DNA of 32,000 nucleotides from Wallemia ichthyophaga EXF-994 (GCF_000400465.1 NW_008806288.1:120001-152000); one strand, 5' to 3'; numbered from the stretch's first letter, positions 1 to 11,952 are shown. The notes: generated by a model not told the origin, from the letters alone. Translations and numbers: made by a program.

Positions 1-1244
1 ATGTTGAAGTCCCATTCGTAATTTACATTGAATGGACACCATTGTCCTGACATAGAAGCGGTACCAGTACCACCGTCTTGATCATTCGCATTGAAGTTAC
101 TAACTTGCGCTTCAACAATATCGACCTCGTAGGCAGCACGACCCTTCCAAGTTCCATCTTCATGTTTGGGACCAGGGTGGTCTTCGTTTTCACAAGTGCA
201 GCGCGAAAGCCGTTGCGGATTCGAATATGAAAGCGAAACCACCTTATCATTATAATTCGTGGCACCTTTCTTGTAAGACGCATCGGGATAATCGCCCAAG
301 GTCTGATTTTGCAAGGTACCAACGTCACAGCTGTCATATGAATATGGCCACATGCCCTCAAGGGAGGCACCATAGCCCGCTCTGCCTATGTTGGCCATGG
401 TCCAGAATGCTGGCCAAAGACCCCATACATCGGAGTATCCTGGCAACATAATTCTAGCAGAGACGTAACCACCCGTAAAACAAAATTTGTTCCAGGAGTG
501 TACCATGGCACCAGCATAGTCGAGTCCGTGAGTGGTGAGATTGTCGGTAAATGGGCCACTTTCACTGAGAGTGAGCACGAGATTGCCATCATTCGTGGTT
601 GCTTGACGAGGTGAATACCACTCGAGGTTATCGGTACCCCAATAGTGTAAATCTTGAGCTTCGAAGTAAGGATCTTCACCCTCGGCAAAGGTTCTGCCGT
701 CTTGTTCAAACTCATCCGAGAAGACGAGCTGGTATTCGCGGGTGTCGTTACCAAAGCCTTGAATAGTGTACACATCTTTGGGAGTGTCTGGGTCAATCAA
801 ATGTCTATTTGGCTTAGTCCATTCGACCTGGCCAGTAGAATTGAACTTTGCGTAGTTACTACTGGTAGAGGGATGAGGCTTGAACTCGTCGTAAATAGGA
901 TAACCAGCGCTGGGATTTGGGTAAATAAAGCCTCCTGATAAGCTAAAAAGCGCTTACAAAAGCATCAAAAGGGCTGCTACAAGGACAGACAAAAGGCCCA
1001 AGTTGATTAATCCTCTGATGGTGAAAATGGAGCCAGTTGAAGCCTTAGCACCATCCCTGGAAGTTGGGTTGTGCAGATAGTCGTCTTCCTCGTTTTGCCA
1101 GTTCCGTGCACCCCAGTCATTAGGATTGGCGCTGAGTGGCCAAGTCAGCAGATGTCACTGCGCACAAAAGCTAACACACCTCATTTCAAACCGCTCAGAC
1201 TCTAAGTGGTTCATTGGCTCGTTGTTAAGCTTCTCGTAGCTCAT
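1..1244 (-). CDS. KRE6: Beta-glucan synthesis-associated protein KRE6/SKN1 (GH16, type II membrane); 3' end runs off the window start
   Basis: Manual splicing: ATG at 1244, introns 1132-1179 and 910-957 (48 nt each). Product contains DDYLHNP, IFTIRGLINLG..LLMLFAGYP (TM), LIDPDTP, LVFSDEFEQDGRTF, NKFCFTGG, GLWPAFWTM, WPYSYDSCDVGTLQNQT and an intact GH16 E-x-D-x-x-E motif (YEVDIVEAQ, about 111-128). The ORF track missed this frame. Confidence 0.95.
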
Positions 1245-1404
1245 TTACGGCTTCTCGTTTGTTGATGCTGGTAATAGTTTATTGAGCGGACGGTTGCAAA
1301 TTCCAACTAAATAAACTTAAAACAAAAAAGGAAGGCGATCATAGCGGCGAGATGTGAATTAAATTTAAATTTCATAATCATCAATACAAAAGAAAATGGG
1401 TTTT

Positions 1405-2903
1405 CTATATCGCTGCTGAAGTCTTGAGCTTGGGACTTGGGTTGAATTCAGTACCGATCTCCGTTGATGTTAGAGATCTAGGGGACTCCTCCAGGTCACC
1501 TTTTTCCAGTGTCTTCTTTGGCTTCGTTATGTAGGTAAACGAGACTATAATTGCTGTGATGAAGCACTCTACTATTATAACAGGCGGGTAGATCGCCAGT
1601 GTCGTCGCATCTGCCGCCTGAGATAGACAGAATGGCCCTAGTAGACTACCAAAGAGTGATGTAGCCATTACTATAGATGTGGCTGCATTCCTCAGTTCCC
1701 TAGGCCAGCATTCAGTCGCTGAAGATAGGGTGTTAGGCATTAGAGGTCCGAAGAAGAAGCCAATCAGCAGTGTCAGCACTACTATTCCCGCGATACCTTC
1801 CACCTTCCACAATCCAGCCATCAGCGCACATATGATTATGTACATTCCGAACGATGATCTGCGTTTGCCGATCTTTGCTGACACATGCGCAAGAGATAAA
1901 CGACCAAGTAGAATACCTCCCCAGAGTGAGGTGAGTACGTACTGTGGTAAACCATTGCTCAATCCTTTATGTGCATTGAGATAAGGGGCGAGCCATTGTG
2001 TAGTACTGTCCATGCATACGAGCAGACCCGTCTCAGCTAGCAGCCCTACCCAGAGTTTCCCTGAAGGTAGGAGAACGGCCAGTTTTTCACGGAATGTGTA
2101 ATCGTCCTTGGAGGTATCGTGTGTCTCGAAATCCCTGAACACAAACCAGGAGAAAAAAATCAATAGCACTGAAAAGCCAACAATAATCCAAAAGTTGTGG
2201 CGCCAGTCTATGTCGTGCTGTAGAAAAGCCCCGATCACAAATGGCGACAGAACCGAACCTAGCGCCATGTTGGCGTAAATGAGCGACATCAGCGGTCCGT
2301 CTTCGAAGTGAGACAAAACTACAGTCGCAGAAGTTTGCATTGAGCCAGTTCCTACACCTAGCAAATACACTCCAAATACGTATGCTGGAAATACCGGTGG
2401 CCTAAATGCATCAATGAGGGCACCAGTGCAGTATAGCACCGTCATCGACTAATTCAAAGATAAAAAGTTAGAGAAGAACTTGAATAAAGCTAGTAGCTCA
2501 ACTCACCATTATAAAGTACTGCACACCTATCTTCTGGATACATATTGAAGAGAGATAGCTCGAGGTTATGCTTCCCGCCACGAAGAATAGGAAAGCAAGA
2601 GAAATAACACGTTCCGACTGCAATTGACTTGGTCAGTAGGGATTAGAGGATCTTCTGGCACTCACATATCCGTACCACTCTTCCAGTGGTTCTATTAAGC
2701 TTCCAAAACTAAACTGGGTCAGCATTCGTTCCACACGACTGAGAAACCTACAGGGCATCGGTCCATCCAACAATTAAAAGCATAAAAGAGGCCTACAGAT
2801 CGACTGAGTCAGTAACAGAACAGCAGAAAAATTTACGCTTCCTCACAATGGCAATAATAGACCAACGTTTGCCTTTATCTTCATCAATAGTCATAGCTGT
2901 CAT
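1405..2903 (-). CDS. Major facilitator superfamily transporter (fucose-permease/Bsc6-like, substrate unknown)
   Basis: ORF 1405-2445 has many hydrophobic helices and the MFS loop motif GRLSLAHVSAKIGKRR. Four short upstream introns splice in frame to MTAMTIDEDKGKRWSIIAI-ASFMLLIVGWTDAL-FGSLIEPLEEWYGY-SERVISLAF...QYFIM. Confidence 0.88.
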
Positions 2904-3006
2904 AATTGTGCGTTAAGTTTCGTGATGGCAATGGCAGTTAAGGAGAGTTGAACGAAGATCCAACTTCATTCGGCCAGCAGCGAACAGCGTGACTTAGATA
3001 ATCACC

Positions 3007-3139
3007 GACGTCAGCCCGAGAAATGACATTGTTTGGAATGTTTAATACCCAGCTTTATTTACGATCAATCCAAAAGTTGGGCGAGTGAATCAACCTGAGT
3101 CGCGTATTCGCGATTGATGACGTCGCGAATATAAATAAC
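3007..3139. promoter_or_regulatory. Divergent MFS/glucanase promoter with two CRE-like sites (GACGTCA 3007-3013, TGACGTC 3118-3124), a 9-bp inverted repeat (3105-3113 / 3123-3131) and a TATA-like TATAAATA
   Basis: Motifs read directly from the sequence. Function is inferred from the ATF/CREB consensus TGACGTCA (7/8 matches). Confidence 0.4.
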
Positions 3140-3382
3140 GAGCTTTACTTTGTGTAAATAATCATGTGAGATGTGCGTGTCAATATTGATTAAAAAAACT
3201 ACTTTCAAACCTTTTTATTGATCTACCGGGTTACCGGCAGTCGCAATTCAAATTTTCCCTAAGGAATGCTTTCATTACTCAAACTAGTGTGCGCAGTCCG
3301 CATGCCGAAACTAGTGATGTGTTATAAACGACGATATTAACTGTTGATATCAACCTTATCTATACCTCCCTCAAGCAAATCA

Positions 3383-4716
3383 ATGGTCAAAGTCCTTCAA
3401 GCCCTAGCTGTGCTTTCAGCAGCCGCCCTCACTACCGCAAACCCAGTATACAGAAGACAAAATGCTGGTGAAAGCGTGTTACGAGGCGTGAACATTGGTG
3501 GTAAGTTGTACGTGATTTAGTCGTGTGCACCACTTATCTCTACCTTCCAGGATGGTTGCTCATGGAGCCTTTCATCACTCCAACCGTTTTCGACGACACA
3601 CTCGATGATCAAATTGTCGACGAATGGACATTCGGTGAAAGACAAGACACAGAGGTTGCTACTCAAGCCGTAAATGACCATCTCGAAAATTTCATCACCG
3701 AGGATGATTTCGCTCAAATCAAGGCAGCTGGCTTATCACACGTTAGAATCCCAGTTCCACATTGGGCATTCGACAAGAAGGATTTTGAGCCATTTATTGT
3801 CGGTGAGCTGGCTATCTGCCTGTCTTGACATTCCTGACTCGAAAAAGGCAACAGACTTGAAAAACTCAGAGAGGGGTTAGGATGGGCTCGTAACAACGGA
3901 CTTATGGCATGGATTGATCTGCACACTGCTCCGGGTGGACAGAATGGATTTGACAATGACGGCCAACTACTTCCACAAGGTCAATGGCACAAAGACCAAG
4001 CCCAAGTGGAACGCACTCTGCAAGTTATCCAAATGATTACTGATGAGTTTGCAACTCCAGAGTACGCAGACGTCGTTGAATCTATTGAGCTGCTCAATGA
4101 GCCAGCCACCTTCCAGGACGAGGCAATGATGCCAGTCTTGAAGAACTACTACCAATCCGGGAACGACATCGTCAGCGGCAACGGCGCTAACGCTAGCGTT
4201 GTTATCCACGATGGTTTCAAGGAAGACCCCCACTTCTGGGATGGCTTCTTAGATGGCACTCAACTCGACGTCCACAGATACCAGGTCTTTTCACCTGCAG
4301 CACTCAAACGCACTGACCAAGAACGTGTTTCCACTGCCTGCTCATACAAGCAGCCACTCCAGCAAGTTACTAACCAGCACCACTTTGCCGTCGTTGGTGA
4401 GTGGACAGCAGCAATCACTGACTGTATTCCATATCTCAACGGTCGTATTGTTGAGGGTGCTCGTTATGAAGGTGATCACTCGGTTTCAAACGAATACATT
4501 GGATCTTGTGCGGATAAGTCCGGCGATGGTAGCAACTGGACTCAAGAATACAAGGACTCCCTTCGTCTTTTCTGGGAGGCACAAGTTGATGCGTATGGAG
4601 AACGCTACTTCTTCTGGACATGGAAGACTGAGCTCGGCGCTGATTGGTCTTACCAACGTCTCCTTGAGCTTGGTGTCTTACCTCAAGACCCAACTGACTG
4701 GACACCAAGATGTTAA
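3383..4716 (+). CDS. EXG1: Secreted GH5 (subfamily 9-like) exo-beta-1,3-glucanase
   Basis: Signal peptide MVKVLQALAVLSAAALTTANP. Introns 3501-3550 and 3803-3847. Motifs RGVNIGGWLLMEPFITP, VRIPVPHW, WIDLHTAPGGQNGFDN, acid/base ELLNEP, nucleophile VVGEW, FFWTWKTE. Confidence 0.93.
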
Positions 4717-5048
4717 ATCATGTCTAGTTAGACTATTGATATTACCCAACATCAATTATTTAATTTTGCATTCGCAATCGCGTACTTAGAAGGTCATAAA
4801 ACATTCACAAATACACTATACATTTCTACTGAGCCTTAAATATTTCCAAACGGTATCAGAATGGATGAAATACTCTAAATTGTTTGCAATTGGCATTGCT
4901 TGACCGACGTGAAATGTTAAACATTGTTGTCGGGCTCCTATTTGACACTCCTTCTAGACAATTTCAGTCAAATTAATGTTATACTGAGATGATAAAAGAA
5001 TGAACGCTTGAGAATATATACAAATGCTTCCATGCTGGTATGATGCCT

Positions 5049-8000
5049 TTAAGTTGCACCCAATCCTAAACGGGAGTTTTTGATGACAGCTGCTACTGGC
5101 GCTTCCAATCCTTCGCCAGATTGACCCATCTTCTGACCATGATTCCAACCCATCGTGGCCAACATTTTGTATCCGACGGACTGCGAGGAGTGTTAGAATT
5201 AGTGGAAAGTGCTAATTCTGTAGCTCACCTCTTGTCCGATTGGCTGGGCTTCATGCCCGACGATAGTGCCCTCTGTGTGTTTAATCATCTTCGGCTTCGC
5301 ACCTCCATCACCCTTCTTGCTTCCTGAAGCAGCCTTGCGAGCAAGATGAAGAGTCTTGTAGAAGTTACCAATACCACCCTTGTCGCATGCCTTTGCGGCT
5401 TTGCTAACAACTCCATAATCGACGTTCTGACCGGTTCTGCCTGTCTTCAACAGCATAATATGCCGACCAACACCTTTACCGATCGATTTAGATTTGAGAC
5501 CGTAAGTATCAGCGAGCATGTGTATTTGCTTCCTTGATTTGTTGTCCATTGGTGGTAACTTCATCATCTTTCTCTGAGGAACGTCGACAAATGATTGTAT
5601 TTCGGTATTGATAGTTTCGGTGTTGTAAAAGTCTGGAAGCATCTCATCATCAGACAACTCTGCAGCTGCTTTTATTGCCTTTGCTTGCATTTTCTTGCCC
5701 TTCTTACCTTTCGTCTTTGTGTACGGTGACAGTGCATCAGCCATTCTAACTTGCTCTCGAATCTTCTTCTTTTCTGCTTTGCGAGCTCTGTCTTGATCCC
5801 ACATACGCTGCAATTGTGGTGGTACTTTGGCTTTCTTTTTCTTAGAGCCTAGGAAGCTAGATTAGCGTAATGTAAATTCACACATTCAACTTACTTGTTG
5901 GGAAGATGAGATCGCGAGGATCGAGTGCGAAATCCTCCTCCGAATCTTCACCGTCATCGCCATACACATCACCATAATCATCATACGAGTATTTGCCCTG
6001 GCGTGAGCCTTGACGCGATGATGACTTGGCTTTCTGAAGGTTTTGTTTCTTGCTTTCAATGATGGAAGCGAGCTCATCTAAGAATTGCTCCTCTTCATCC
6101 CACTTATTGTGCTTGCCTTCGAAGTCATCGAATTCCATCAACTCATCAAAGTCATCCATAAAGTCATCAGCTCTCTTTTTTCCTTTGTTCGCACCTTTAC
6201 CCATGCGGTCACGCTGAGTGACTACGCCATCTGACTTTGCTGCCTTGGCACGTGCTCTACCAAGCTCGTAAGCCTCATCTGAAGAAAGACTAGAGTCTAG
6301 ATACATTTCATCCTCCATTTCCAGACTCTCATTGTCAGAGAAGTCGAATTTGAAGTCTTCCGCTTTCTCGAATTCGGAGTCCACATCGTCAGAATCGCTT
6401 GATGATTCGCCGTCAAGTTCTGCTTCCTCGCGAGCTTCTTTGCGAAGACGTTTATCAATTTTCAAGTCCGTGATGGTATTTTGGTTTTGAGACATACTGT
6501 TGGCGAAGGAGCGCAATGCAGTGTCATCAGCACCGAAAGGACCGGCAGCAGTCTCACCGCCAGACTCCTCATCGCTGTCGTCCTGTCTTGTGTTCTCAAG
6601 CCAGTCAGCGACGAGCTCATCATCTAAGGTTGGCTTTTTAGTTTGGTTTGCCTTCTTGCTGTGTTTGTTTTTTGGTGGCGGTGGGCCATCACTACCCCAT
6701 TCCAAATCTGAGTCACCTTCACGTGCCTCGAGAGGCTCATCAAATAGCTTTTCGCCTTGTTTCCTATTTTTCTTGTCTTTCTTATTATTCTTTTTATTAT
6801 TGAAATCTGACGAGAACGTGAAATCTTGGAATGTTGGCTTGTTTCCAGTCGCAAACATCTGTCCAAGTTCGTGTACATTCTTGAAAAGGTTATCATTCTG
6901 CATCGTCGTGAATAGCTTGCTATTCTTCTTTTCGGGTACATTGGACAGAACAGGCTCTTCGACTTCGACAATATCACTTCTGGAGAAGGTGTGATGTGGG
7001 TTAGCAGACATCTCGACATCTTCTGCATCATCAACTCTCTCATTAACAACAATTGCAGCTGAATCCTTGGGTTTCAACGATTCAGGTACTTCAGATGGAT
7101 TTGAGTCGACAACGAACAAGTCATCATTGTCAATCATCTGATCCTCAATCTCCTCGTCATCCTTGATATCGTTTTTTGTAGCATTTGGTTCGGTGACTGT
7201 GTTAATACTGGTATCAGCGATACTTGTATTGATTAAGCTCATGTCTCCTATGCTTGATTCTTCGATATTCAATTTCGAGATTGAAGGCATGGAAGTGTCG
7301 AGCTTTACTTGTTGAGTTTCCTTTTCTTCCACATCATCCTCTTCGCCTGCAGTAAATGCAGATTCTGTAGCTGATGTAGCAAAGTTGCTAGTGTCGGGCG
7401 CGTCTTGCAAAATATTTGAAACGTCTTCCTCTTCTGCGAACACGTCTCCAGCATCACTTGTATCGACTGTCTGGTCGACTGTTTCATCTGCAACTTGTTC
7501 TGTCGGAATTTGCACAAAGACATCTTCAGCATCCTTAGTTTCAGCTGCCATTTTTATTTTGCTTAAATCCATATCTTTATCCCATGACGAGGTGCCTTTA
7601 ACGAATGCAATTGGTTGGAGTAGTGGGTTTGCATTTGGATTGGCGCCTCTAGACTTTCCTTTGCCCATCTTGCGCTCTGCAATCGCAGCCTCCTCTTCTG
7701 CAGATTTACGTACATAGCCGAGTCCTTTGTGGCCGCCCTTGGCTTTGCCTTTGCTATCGTTGACGAAGTAAGGCATCTGCTGTTTGATGCCAGGACCTCT
7801 GTCCTTCTTTGGGGCAGTCGGAGCAGACTTATGTATATCTACAGTTGAATATCTTGGCAATTCAGCTGTAACAATGCTATATGAGTCATAGGAGGACACG
7901 TAAGGTATATTAGCATACATTCTGTATTCATTTGGTTGTAATCGAGGCCCATTGTATTCATTGAGCCTGGCTGGTACTGTAAGCCGCCTCTGCCGGTGCG

Positions 8001-8123
8001 TGGCGTTCCACGACCTCTTCCGCGGCCTCTAAATCCACCGCGGCCACGATTAGAACCATTGCCTGATGAATCTCCGCCGCCTCTTGCGCTCTTATTATTC
8101 GATCTGAAATGATTTTTTGGCAT
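5049..8123 (-). CDS. SQS1: SQS1/Pfa1-like R3H + G-patch protein (Prp43 cofactor)
   Basis: N-terminal RGG repeats and a long acidic disordered middle. R3H domain LPPMDNKSRKQIHMLADTYGLKSKSIGKG. After intron 5181-5228 a C-terminal G-patch: SVGYKMLATMGWNHGQKMGQSGEGLEAPVAAVIKNSRLGLGAT*. Other introns at 5849-5894 and about 7867-7919. Confidence 0.9.
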
Positions 8124-8198
8124 AGTTAGCCTGATTGTTATGACGCAAAAGGCTTGTTTCGAACAACGTGGAAGAAAACGCTGAATAATTTAACAAGG

Positions 8199-8984
8199 AT
8201 GAGCTTTATGAAGAAAATGCAGTACACCCTGCCTGTTTCTCTATCCGCTGTCGCTTACGCTGCTGTGAGATCCCGCCAATCCATCAGATGCTCATCTACA
8301 GGCAGCATTTGGAGAGACGCCAATCCGAACTCACCGCGTGCATCTCCTTATCCGCTTGTTTTCATACGTACACCGGAGAATTGGGGTGAAGACGCAAAAG
8401 AATGGCAATCTACGCAAGGTTTACTCATTGAGAAGGGATTCGGATGCTTGGAGATCTTCTGCGATGAGCACAAAGGCAGCACGTCTAAAGAAATACTCAA
8501 GAAAATGGCTGACGGTGGGTTCCTAATCGCCCAATTGGCTGTAATTCTAAGTGACGTCAACTTTAGATGTACAGCAACGGATAAGGCTAGCTGCTATTCC
8601 CTTCCCACCTGTGCTATTCGCAAAGGGAATGGGTACGCTCATCGCTGAAACGCACATCAGCGACTATCCTGTTTCTGGCGTGGTTTTAATCAGTGAGTAA
8701 AACTCCCGTGAAACATTTTCTTCTCAAACGATTGCACTCAAGATCCACCTTACATTGATGGCGAGAAGTCGCCTAACGAGAAGGTACTGCCAAGCCCCGT
8801 TGAAACTTTCAACTACGAAGCTTTCCCGAGAATTGCAGTAATGGATCAACTCAAGAACGTCGAGCAGCTTGAGCAGCATAGGTTAGCAGACTCAGACGCG
8901 GATTTAATCATGTACAACGGAGAATATGGCCAAAAGCAGTCGCTATATGAAATAGAAAGATGGCTTGACGATAAAGGGTTTTGA
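8199..8984 (+). CDS. Conserved fungal protein with a degenerate alpha/beta-hydrolase-like fold and a probable mitochondrial presequence
   Basis: Introns 8515-8566 and 8693-8742 splice in frame to ...RLAAIPFPPVLFAKGMGTLIAETHISDYPVSGVVLINPP...EIERWLDDKGF*. The N-terminus is Arg/Ser/Ala-rich and acid-free. The start could instead be 8208 or 8217. Confidence 0.72.
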
Positions 8985-9022
8985 AGTACGTGGATAATGC
9001 AATTGTAGAAATGGGAGATGTA

Positions 9023-9598
9023 TTATACAGTGATTCCGATACTTTTCAAGTATTCTATGTGAGATGGGTCCTTCTCAATATCATTTGACCTGTTGTAAGG
9101 TTGCCATTTAGGTTCATCCTGGTATGCTGTCAAGTTTACTGAATGAGAAGGAGTAAAGCTACTTACAGTAAACAGTCTCATTGCACGTGTGTAACCGTTA
9201 TCGTCCGTTGTGAAACGGTGGAAGATACCTGGAGGGAGAATGATCAAGTCATCCTTCTCGACGGCGATTCTGATCCATTTCTCGTTATTCTGCAGTCTGT
9301 CTCTAACATCAAAGTACCCGCTGCCATCGAGAATCAATCTGGCCTCAATATCTGTGTGCAAATGCTCCACTTTGAAAATATCCAGCTTCTTCTGATACTC
9401 CTCCTCACCGAGAACCTCCTTAGAGATACCGATAACATCCCTGTTCTTGTAGCCTTGCTCGACTGCTACTTTCTCTACATCTGGGTTGTACTGGTATTGG
9501 ATTCCCAATTTACCCAAGTAGCCAGCGTCAAGGGAAACGCCTGAGTTGTGAGGAGCTGTAAAGCTGCCATCAACGTCATCCATGTAGTATGCCCTCAT
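9023..9598 (-). CDS. ADI1: Acireductone dioxygenase (methionine salvage, cupin)
   Basis: EHLHTDIEARLILDGSGYFDVRD and WIRIAVEKDDLIILPPGIFHRFTTD carry the His/His/Glu/His metal ligands. Removing intron 9119-9166 restores AMRLFT-DEPKW. Confidence 0.95.
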   Translation of the reverse strand: MRAYYMDDVDGSFTAPHNSGVSLDAGYLGKLGIQYQYNPDVEKVAVEQGYKNRDVIGISKEVLGEEEYQKKLDIFKVEHLHTDIEARLILDGSGYFDVRDRLQNNEKWIRIAVEKDDLIILPPGIFHRFTTDDNGYTRAMRLFTVSSFTPSHSVNLTAYQDEPKWQPYNRSNDIEKDPSHIEYLKSIGITV

Positions 9599-9768
9599 TG
9601 GTTAACTAAGCTGCGATGATTGGTTGGATTGAAGGGAGATAACGCAATGCTTGGGATTTGTGATGATATTTTTAGTTTATTTGTAATTTCTTTTAATAAA
9701 TTTTAATTGTACAAATAACCTTATCTATGTGGTTGCGATGACGATCTTCATCCACTACGCTGACCGAA

Positions 9769-10688
9769 ATGTCAACCGAAGGCTACACGCAACCACCACC
9801 AGGCTATGCTCCACCCAAAGACAGCAAGCCTGACAACAAGAATTACAACTCAATTTCCCAGAATGAGGAAATCCAGTCAGCTGGCCCGAGTCAGATGCCC
9901 GATGGCGATCTTCCAGACGATTTCAAGTACGGCGCAACTATCAGCGAATGCGTCCGTGAAGTGCGTATGGCATCAGTGAGAAAGATCTACACAATTCTCA
10001 CCCTCCAACTCCTCGCCACATTCGCTACTGGATTTTGGGTGTCATACAGCCAATCGATGCAGACTTTCATCCTCAAGCATCCCAACACTCTATTCGTGCC
10101 AATCATTGGGTCATTCGTCACACTAGGCTTGACTTACTGGCAAAGACACAAGGTCCCTGCAAATTTTGCTCTATTATCTTCCTTTACCGCTTGCGAGGCA
10201 CTAGCAATTGGTGCTGTGATATCCACGTTTGAGAACAAGACTATTGTGTTGCAAGCATTGCTCTGTACGGCGATCGTGTTCATCGGCTTGACGGCATTTA
10301 CTTTCCAATCAAAGTACGACTTTAGTGGACTTGCACCCATACTCAGCGTCGGTATATTTGGTATGATTGGATTTGGATTGGTTGGTCTCTTTGTTCCATT
10401 TAGCTCAACCGTTAGCCTTGTATATGGCATTATCGGTGTCGCGCTGTTCTCACTCTATGTAGTATATGATACGCATCAAATATTCAATCGCCTATCACCT
10501 GAGTAAGTCGATTTCTTTCCGGTGAACCAGCCATTTGACCCGAACATCAGCGAATACATTCTGGCCTCGATTTCACTTTACTTGGACTTCTTGGTGAGTT
10601 GCAGTGTTTCGTAAGCATATATAATACTGATATCTCGCAGAACCTTTTCCTATCCATCTTGCGTATCTTGTCAAGAAACGATAATTAA
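9769..10688 (+). CDS. BXI1: Bax inhibitor-1/TMBIM family membrane protein
   Basis: DDFKYGATISEC, VRMASVRKIYTILTLQL and YVVYDTHQIFNRLSP. After introns 10503-10550 and 10594-10640 the C-terminus reads DEYILASISLYLDFLNLFLSILRIL. Confidence 0.93.
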
Positions 10689-10856
10689 GTTCTGCTAACG
10701 ATTATGTCTTGTACAACACAATTGATGATTCCATTTGCTTAAATATTTATCAAACCCTTTACCTTCAATTTCGGTGATACCCTGGCCTCTCGTGACGTAG
10801 GGTAGTGCGACAGCTGTACCGAGCGGAGGCCATTTCCGTTAAATAGGACTATCAAG

Positions 10857-11699
10857 ATGCCAGTGGAGAAATCAAGTGATGCAATCTCAAAGATGTTAGC
10901 AGGAGAGCCATACCTACCACTAGTAGATCCAACAATGCTCAAGGTGAGCACAAGCAATACAAAGATCTGTAAATAACAAGTGTACAGCTTAAATCGCGAG
11001 CAAGGAACCTGCAATATAAGCTGAATGTATGTTATTTGTCTCGAGTGCAATCGAGGTGCTCAATTCTATCAGAACTACCCGCCTTTCGTTTACGGCGAGG
11101 GAATCACGCCGGAGAAGGTGTTTGGCGGCGTTGATGGCAAGAAATACGAAGTTATAGCTGATCTATTTGATATCCCCCTCGAAAAAGCCAAACAATTGGC
11201 AATTGAGCCACCATTTTACTGCGATCATGGTGTATTCATTGAGTTCAAGGGCAGGTGAGTTGATATACACTTGGGAGACACGCAGATAATAAGAGCACTC
11301 GAATAGCTTCTATTGCAACTACAACACCACCATCTTAGATTGTGCAAAGGTCTCCATAGGAAATCGAGTTTCTTTTGGGCCCAATGTGTCTATCTATGCC
11401 GCAACTCATTCTGTAGACGTCGGAGAGCGTCTAGAGGATCTTGAGAGGGCGTATCCTGTTGAGATAGGTGACGACACTTGGGTAGGCGGATCAGTGAACA
11501 TAATTTGCAGCGCAAAAGGTACCAAAATTGGTAGGGGCTGTACTATTGCAGCAGGAACGACTCTTTGGGGAACATTCCCGGATGTGAGTGTTAGTTTTTT
11601 TTAACTAATTATTTTCTAACTCATATTTTGCAGAACGTGGTCATTGCCGGAAATCCACCAAAGATCATTAAGCATCTTGAGCCTTCTGCAAATGAATAA
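10857..11699 (+). CDS. Maltose/galactoside-type O-acetyltransferase (Mac N-terminus plus hexapeptide left-handed beta-helix)
   Basis: Four introns (10944-10987, 11027-11072, 11255-11306, 11584-11633) give KMLAGEPY, IEPPFYCDHG, FYCNYNTTILDCAKVSIGNRVSFGPNVSIYAATH, PVEIGDDTWVGG and VIAGNPPKIIK. Confidence 0.9.
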
Positions 11700-11952
11700 T
11701 GTTGTTAATTTGGTACTGCAATGCATGATAATGCGAGCCGGCAAATTGTGATTTATTAATCAGCTCAAACCCAAGCAGAAATTTAATGCCTCGGTCGGCG
11801 AAGACAACTGTATGTAAGACTGTCTTGCTTTGTCATGTGGTTGCATCATTGAATTTGTTTCAAATTAAGACGTTTCTGGATTGAATTATTTCTTTTTCCT
11901 TTTTTTTCAAACTTCAGTTCACAACGTCTCACAATGCGCATGATGTGATGTT

